From Guillardia theta CCMP2712 (Eukaryota; Protista; Cryptophyta): a DNA stretch of 37,009 nucleotides. Below, in pieces: positions 26,801 to 37,009 of this stretch. Every line of letters starts with the position of its first letter. Positions within the stretch are counted from its first letter, which is position 1. The translations under genes and the position numbers were made by a program. The notes below the pieces were generated by a model. It worked only from the letters and a program-made list of their open reading frames with translations, was not told the DNA's origin and ran no database searches. The stretch is taken from the NCBI RefSeq assembly GCF_000315625.1, contig NW_005434530.1, positions 138,627 through 175,635 on the forward strand, in the 5' to 3' direction.

Positions 26801-27161
26801 CTAGCAGCCGCAATGCAGAGGGAAAGTTGAGGGAGGGAGGGAGGGGAGGAGGAGGAGGAGGAGGAAGATGAAGAGGGAGGGAGGGAGGGGAGGAAGAGGA
26901 GGGGGAGGGATGGAGCGAGCAGGAGCAGGAGCATGAGAATATGCACAAAGTTGCCAAGGAGGAGGGGGGGGGGAGGGGGAGGTTTTCTCCAATCTGGGTG
27001 TATGAAAGGAGGCAGTAGAGCGAATGCAGCTTGTGAAGGCAAAAGTATCAAGGCACTGGTCATCCACAGAACAAAAAGCCTGATCGTGGTTTCATGCAGA
27101 TCGAAAGAGAGTCTTTTGTTCTGGATACTCCGATAGCCACCGCTAGCTCAAAGATATCAAC

Positions 27162-30571
<3,410 letters not shown>

Positions 30572-30927
30572 NNNNNNNNNNNNNNNNNNNNNNNNNNNNN
30601 NNNNNNNNNNNNNNNNNNNNNNNNNNNNNNNNNNNNNNNNNNNNNNNNNNNNNNNNNNNNNNNNNNNNNNNNNNNNNNNNNNNNNNNNNNNNNNNNNNNN
30701 NNNNNNNNNNNNNNNNNNNNNNNNNNNNNNNNNNNNNNNNNNNNNNNNNNNNNNNNNNNNNNNNNNNNNNNNNNNNNNNNNNNNNNNNNNNNNNNNNNNN
30801 NNNNNNNNNNNNNNNNNNNNNNNNNNNNNNNNNNNNNNNNNNNNNNNNNNNNNNNNNNNNNNNNNNNNNNNNNNNNNNNNNNNNNNNNNNNNNNNNNNNN
30901 NNNNNNNNNNNNNNNNNNNNNNNNNNN

Positions 30928-30989
<62 letters not shown>

Positions 30990-31311
30990 GAGAGGAGAGG
31001 AGAGGAGAGGAGAGGAGAGGAGAGGAGGTGCAAGTATTGATCATGTCCTGACAGTCTGTGTACGTTGCGATGAGCAACGTTTGGTGCCCCTACGACGAAT
31101 GAAAGAAATCGAACATTGAGCTGTGCAGAGGGAGGGCGGGAGATTAAAGGAGGAAACATCGCAAGAGAACTGGAACTGGTGATGATGCAGCCACGTAATG
31201 TAGAGAGATACGAGGGCGAGGAGAGGAAGGGGAAGGGAAATGAGTTGGAAACAAAAATACAGCTATCCTTTATCCAATCACGTCACTGTCACAAGTCAAA
31301 CGCCGAAGCCT

Positions 31312-33254
31312 TTAAACATCCCAGGGGTTCTTGTTCTTGAAGTAGGCGGTGTCCTTATAGGTAGCGCCAGTCACAACAGGGCCGCTGGCCTTGGAGGAGG
31401 AGCCGAGGGAGTCGAGGGCGGCAACACCGGGGAGGACCTGGCCCTCAAGGAGCTCGAGGGAGGCTCCTCCTCCAGTGGAGATGTGGGACATCTGCTCGGC
31501 AAGGCCGGCCTTCTCGACAGCAGCAACGGAGTCTCCTCCTCCGATGATGGTAATAGCTCCCTTCTTGGTGCACTCAGCGAGGGTCTGGGCGACGGCGTTG
31601 GTGCCGACGGCGAACTTGTCCATCTCGAACACACCCATGGGTCCGTTCCAGATGATGGTCTTGCAGTCGGAGAGAGCCGCCTGAATCTCCTTGGTGGCCT
31701 CGGGGCCATTGTCGAGACCCATCCAGCCGTCGGGGATGTCGGAGGCCTTGGCGACCTTGGTGTTGGCGTTGGCATCGAACTTGTCGGCAAGGACGACGTC
31801 GGAGGGGAGGATGAACTTGACTCCCTTGGCCTTGGCCTTGGCCTCGAGGGTCCTGGCGAGCTCGAGCTTGTCCTCCTCGACGAGGGAGGAGCCGACGTTG
31901 AGGCCGCGGGCCTTGAGGAAGGTGAACACCATGCCGCCTCCAATGATGAGCTTGTCGCACTTCTCGAGGAGAGACTCGATCACTCCGATCTTGGAGGAAA
32001 CCTTGGAGCCTCCGACGATGGCAGCGAAGGGGCGCTTGGGGTTGGCAACAGCTCCCTCAAGGTAGTCCAGCTCCTTCTGGAGGAGGAAGCCGGAGACGGA
32101 CGGGGAGAGGAACTCGGTCACGCCAGCGGTGGAGGAGTGAGCCCTGTGCGCGGTACCGAAGGCATCGTTGACATACATGTCAAAGGGGGCGGCGAGCTTC
32201 TCGGAGAAGGACTTCTCGTTCTTCTCCTCCTCCTTGTAGAAGCGGACGTTCTCGAGGACGCAGGCCTCACCGTCCTTCAAGCCGTCCACGAGGGACTTCA
32301 CCTCAGGGCCGATGCAGTCCTTGGCCATCTTGACATCCTTGCCTGCAGCACAAGCGTTAGGACTGGTTGCCCACCGTGGACAAGTAGCTTCTGACCGAGG
32401 AGCTCGGAGAGGCGGGTGGCGCAAGGGGAGAGGGAGAACTTGTCCTCAGGTCCGTTCTTGGGGCGGCCAAGATGGGAAGAGATGGCGACACGGGCACCGT
32501 TGTCAAGGAGGTACTTGATGGTGGGGACCGAGGCACGGATACCTGAGAGGGACTAAGAGACGGCTGTTGGCAAACGAGGAAGGATGACTGGGGACGGAAG
32601 CAAGCACGAGTGGAGGATAAGGAGAACATGTGCAAGGAGAGGAGGGGAAGAGCTTACGGGTGTCGTCGGTGATCTTCTTGCCATCAAGGGGGACGTTGAG
32701 ATCGCAGCGGATCAGAACCTTCTTGCCCTTGAGCTCAGCAGGGGTGAGGTCCTTGACAGACTTCTTCTTCGCGGACATGGTGATGCTGGAGGCCATGCGC
32801 CCGGCCCTGGCAACCTCGACGCCATGGATGGGGGCGGCGCTCCTGAGGCGGGGGGTGAAGGTCGAAGAGCTGATGGCAGGCTGTGCATGGAGTCAGCTGT
32901 AGATTACGAGTTTGTTGGTTTCAATTTCTTGCCTCTGCCTCTCTCTCCCTCTATCATTCTAGTTGTACGCTCCATCACTGATCCATGCACATCGCAACAT
33001 CGATGAAGCGCATACTGCAGCACACTCACTCTAACCCTCCCGACTGTCCGTTGATGCCCTACTCGAAACTACACACTCTAACGAATTCCGCCATGAAACA
33101 GCAGCATCAACGGTACAAAACTTCTGTCCTCCTGCTCCTGCTTCTCTCCAGCTCTTCTCACCTTGTTCGAGGTCCTTCCTCCCGCAAGCCCGACGGGGCT
33201 GCTCACGTAGGCGGAGGCGGCGGCGACGGAGGCGAGAACGAGAGTCTTGCGCAT
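31312..33254 (-). CDS. PGK: Plastid-targeted phosphoglycerate kinase (4 exons)
   Basis: Exons 33254-33162, 32880-32658, 32542-32396 and 32342-31312. Leader [15 protein letters not shown]|YVSSP; motifs [44 protein letters not shown] and [13 protein letters not shown]. Confidence 0.97.
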
Positions 33255-33259
33255 GGCTG

Positions 33260-34930
33260 TCGCAGTACCTTGCTCCCCCCCCCCTTAAAACCCCTACCCC
33301 GTACCCCCACCCTTGGACACGATCCACAGTACCCCTACCTTGTACTTATATTGGTAAGACACCCGGTACAGAAATTATCCACCCGTGGTAGTCTATCAAT
33401 TGCTATTGGGTTTTCCTTGCAAATTGTACCCCATTTTCTCCTGACCACCCCACCGACACAAACATCTTCACCCCCCACCTACTGGAAAAATACCCTACCC
33501 CCCAAGAAGCCGTCCAGAACAACGGCGGGATTTGACTGAAATTTTTGAGCCGTATGACCCCTCCTAATCCCATTATAAGAGGGGGTGAGACCAACTTCAC
33601 CACCCCTGTAAATTCGGGGGTGAAATGGGGTGAGTGCCAAGGAAAGATGACGGGTTTCTACTCTCACAAGAAACAAAAAACTTAGAAAAAGATGAAAAAA
33701 ATTAAAAAAAAAGATTTCCGAGTTCGGAGTTCCATCATGCCCCGGGCCCGCCCGGCCGGGGACCGGGACCGCAGGCCGGGCGGCCGGGCCGCACTGGGCC
33801 CGGCCGCGCACTGTGCCGGAGTCCGGGCCGGCCCGGGCCCACGGGCAACGGTGACCGTCCCCGAGTCCCGGAGTCCGAGTGAGAAAAGGTTCGGAAGGGC
33901 CTCAGTCGGAATCATCCGGGTGCCGATCGGATGGTTTGGCAGTGTAGCCTTGAACGCCGGGAACATGAAGCCTTGAAGGATCCTGTCGGATCATTCCACT
34001 ACAGTACTACTTGAAACTCAGTGACTCATGTCGGAGCCATTGAAGCCTTGAGCCGCTTGCACTGCAGAACTTCGGAAGGCCTGAATTGGCTACCAATCAT
34101 TCTGAGCCCAAACGCCGCAACTTCGGCCGCGCGAGGCAGTCCTTCATCACTCGGAAAGGCTTATACTGACCGTTGAATCACCGTCACTTCAGAAACTTCG
34201 GAGACTGCGGCGGCCCCGGCCCGGCGGCGTTTCGGGGGCCGCCGGGCCGCCGCCGGAAGTTCCGGCTCCAGTCGGCAAGGAAGTTCCGAAAGTCCGATCC
34301 GTACGGTCACGGCGGTGACCGTCGCGTTTGCCGTGATTAGTACTAGTCTGCCGCTGAACTTAAACGTCCGACGGTCAACTTGAAGTCACAGTGACTCGGC
34401 GAACTTTCACTGCCGCAGTGCGCCGGGCCGCTCCGCCGGGGCCCGGCGCCCCCGGCCGACGCCGGTCCGGGCCGGCGCTCCGACTCGGCGAGGCTCACCG
34501 TCACGCCACCGCCGGGCACCCGGCCCGGGGCCGGCCTGACGCCTACTAGCCTACTTCTTTACTCAAAGTTAAGTTAAAATCAGTACGAGGACTACTAGGC
34601 TAGCCCGTTTCAGCCCGGCACGCCGGTCGGAAGCGGCTGAGCCAACGTCGGCGGCCCGGGCCCGGCGGCTCACTGAGTATTTACTGAGTGACTCGTGAAG
34701 GGCGAGAATCATCGTTACCAATGCGTAACGGTATCTAATAACGGACGGATAGATCATCACCCCTACCCCCAGACTGCTAATACCCCTCTCTAATTTGGAC
34801 TACCCCACATCTATGAACGACTATCCTAAATGTACCCCTCCAAATTCCCACTTTATCTTGGGACAAACAGGTCTTCGATTGTCTACCCCCACCCTCTCAA
34901 AGCCTCCATTCTGCATACCACCCCTACGTA
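33260..34930. promoter_or_regulatory. Layered head-to-head spacer: TACCCC tract, poly-A block, GC-rich palindromic core (33720-34730), TACCCC tract
   Basis: GTACCCC at 33301, 33329, 33426 and 34832; A-runs at 33668-33712; hairpins at 34217-34249 and 34303-34322; ACTCAGTGA at 34016 and 34670 (reverse complement). Confidence 0.5.
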
Positions 34931-34992
34931 CGAGCAATATCCTTAGCGGTTGTCCCACTGGCGATGCAGATTGTCCCCTCGCAATCCCTTCG

Positions 34993-35390
34993 TCCTCCAC
35001 CACCTCCGTCCCTTGCTGCTCCTGCCTCCTGCTCCTACTTCTCCTCCTCCTCCTCCACCTCCTTCCCTTGCTGCTCCTGCCTCCTGCTCCTACGTTTCCT
35101 CCTCCACCTCCTTCCCTTGCTGCTCCTGCCTCCTGCTCCTACTTCTTCTCCTCCTCCACCACCACCTCCTTCCCTTGCTGCTCCTGCCTCCTGCTCCTAC
35201 TTCTCATCCTCCTCCTCCACCTCCTTCCCTTACTGCTCCTGCCTCCTGCTCCTACTTCTCATTCACCACCTCCTTCCCCTGCTGCTCCTGCTTCCTGCTC
35301 CTACTGCTCATCCTCCTCCTCCACCACCTCCGTCCCTTGCTGCTCCTGTCTCCTGCTCCTACGTTCCCTCCTCCTGCTCCACCTCTTGCT
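34993..35390 (+). repeat. Pyrimidine-rich minisatellite, 7 units of 49-58 bp with a 162-bp higher-order period
   Basis: Core CCCTTGCTGCTCCTGCCTCCTGCTCCTAC starts at 35010, 35065, 35114, 35172, 35227, 35276 and 35334. Confidence 0.9.
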
Positions 35391-36017
35391 GATCCTGCTG
35401 ATCCTGATCCTACTTGCTCTTTTCCACGTCTTGCTGATCCTGCCCCCTGCTATCTTGCTTGCTCTTCTGATCCTGCTGATCCTGATCCTGATCTTGCTCC
35501 AGTTTCTGCCTCCTCCTGCACCCCATCGTGCTAATACTCATGCTTCTCTTCCTCCTCTGGTTCTTCCAACTCAACCATTTCCGCCTCCCCACAACCTCTT
35601 TCTCATGTATCACCGGAACATTACTGCATTTACTGTATCCGTCTCCTCTCCCATGTATGGATCTCAGGATCTACTTATGCTGGACCTCACATGCCTAGCA
35701 CTGCTCTCAATCTTCTTGGTGATCATATCCTCGAATGGTCCTTGTCTAGAGCTATTTCGATTCATTCTTCTCCATTGCTCTTGTGTTCATTTCTCTTCAT
35801 CATGATTCTCTGTATAGTGCGACAGGAAACCTTGTTGCGAAACATTTACTGTGGTTTTATTCTCGTTCATACCATCGTTGATAGCTAGATTTGCGTCTTG
35901 AGCGCTGCATTGCTCAACTTTTACTATTCTTTACCTCTGCTGATTGCGCAAGGGCAGAAACGTTTCATATGTTTTGGTCGTGAGGTGTTTTGATCTGACG
36001 GCTCCTTTGTTCCCAGG

Positions 36018-37009
36018 ATGAACCGACATTATCTCTTGCTCGCCGTCACTGTTGCGATATCAGCGGTTGTCTTGGCCAAAGTAGACAACATCATCCATGA
36101 AGTCCGATTTGCGGAAGTTTACAGGCTAGTCTTGCCCCCTCCTTCCTGCTCTGCTTCTTCGGCTGACGAGCGATGCCAGGCATTGGTCTGCATCCGAGAC
36201 CCAGAAGTCGATCTATGTAAATGCTGGAGACATGATCCTCATCCGCATGAACGAGAACCCAGGGACAGGATACAGGTACCACTCTACCTTCCTCTACCTT
36301 CCTCTGCGACCGCCCCGTCCTCCCTCTCTCCTGCCCCTTGTTGTTCAACCCTCCTGCTGTCCTCCGCACGCTCAAAACACTCCAGCCCCCCTGACCCTCC
36401 ATTTCCTACCATTCACCGTCCTTCTCCACCTCCATTTCCTCCGTCATTGTCTTCTTTGCTGCTTGTAGCTGACGGTAGCTCCTCTTTCCGCTCTCTCCTC
36501 CCTTTGCTCCTCCTCGATTTCCTGTCTTCTCCTCCTCCTCTCGTCTAACTCCCCTCATCTCCTCTCCCTTCTCCTCTCTCCCAACTCCCCTCTCCCCTCT
36601 CATCTCTTCCTACCCTCTAGGTGGCAACTCGTCACAGACAGCACGGACGGGTTCAACCAAACCCTCTGCCAGCTGCAGCCTACCTCTGGGTATGCCGACG
36701 GCATCTACGAACCCTCCACCTCCACCGACGGCTCCGACGACAAGGTCGTGGACGGAGTGGCTCGTCCTTACGTTCCTCCTGGGGCTGGCGAGTGGCCTTA
36801 CCCCTACCCCTGGGGGGATCGCCGCTTCGACCTGCGATGCACTCAAGCTGGAACAACCATAGTGAAGCTGAGGTGAGTGAGAGCAGTGAGGGGAGGGAAG
36901 GACGAGGATGAAGATGGGGAGGGAGGACGAGGATGAAGATGGGGAGGAGGATGAAGATGGGGAGGGAGGACGAGGATGAAGATGGGGAGGGAGGACGTGA
37001 GACTGCGAG
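36018..37009 (+). CDS. Secreted chagasin-family (MEROPS I42) cysteine peptidase inhibitor, 3'-truncated by the window end
   Basis: Signal peptide MNRHYLLLAVTVAISAVVLA. Spliced SIYVNAGDMILIRMNENPGTGYR|WQL matches the I42 NPxTGYxW loop, followed by ...WGDRRFDLRCTQAGTTIVKL. The expected RPW loop would be in the next exon, outside the window. Confidence 0.75.
36888..36998 (+). repeat. Intronic ~25-bp tandem repeat (GGGAGGGAGGACGAGGATGAAGATG), about 4 copies
   Basis: Direct inspection. Confidence 0.85.

Noticed and set aside
31240-32394. 384-aa plus-strand ORF
   Set aside because: Antisense shadow of the GC3-rich PGK exon.
34795-35805. 336-aa hydrophobic ORF as a membrane protein gene
   Set aside because: Mostly minisatellite open in all three frames with a TTG start; kept only as a repeat finding.

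Overview
Intron-rich eukaryotic nuclear DNA. It is most likely from a cryptophyte alga such as Guillardia theta; this is an inference from the ~50-70 nt GT-AG introns, microsatellite-filled introns and bipartite plastid-targeting leaders with A-F/A-Y cleavage. I reconstructed about 15 protein-coding genes by hand across introns. In order: a 3' gene fragment (+), F-box/RCC1-repeat protein (-), hypothetical coiled-coil protein (+), secreted hypothetical protein (-), nucleoredoxin (+), bacterial-type GNAT acetyltransferase (-), small Pro/Tyr-rich peptide (+), unknown plastid-targeted membrane protein (-), GT-A glycosyltransferase (+), putative nuclear regulator (-), PRMT-like methyltransferase with an N-terminal signal (+), FkbM-type methyltransferase (-), ALDH9/betaine-aldehyde-type dehydrogenase (+), plastid phosphoglycerate kinase (-) and a chagasin-family protease inhibitor (+, truncated by the window end). 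The most striking structure is that these genes alternate strand without exception. Head-to-head spacers are long and built from two recurring non-coding sequence classes (GGGGTAC/GTACCCC-rich tracts and GC-rich palindromic islands), while tail-to-tail spacers are short. There are three assembly gaps (2432-2531, 21389-22355, 30572-30927). I found no rRNA, tRNA, CRISPR array or recognisable transposon. All exon structures are manual predictions.
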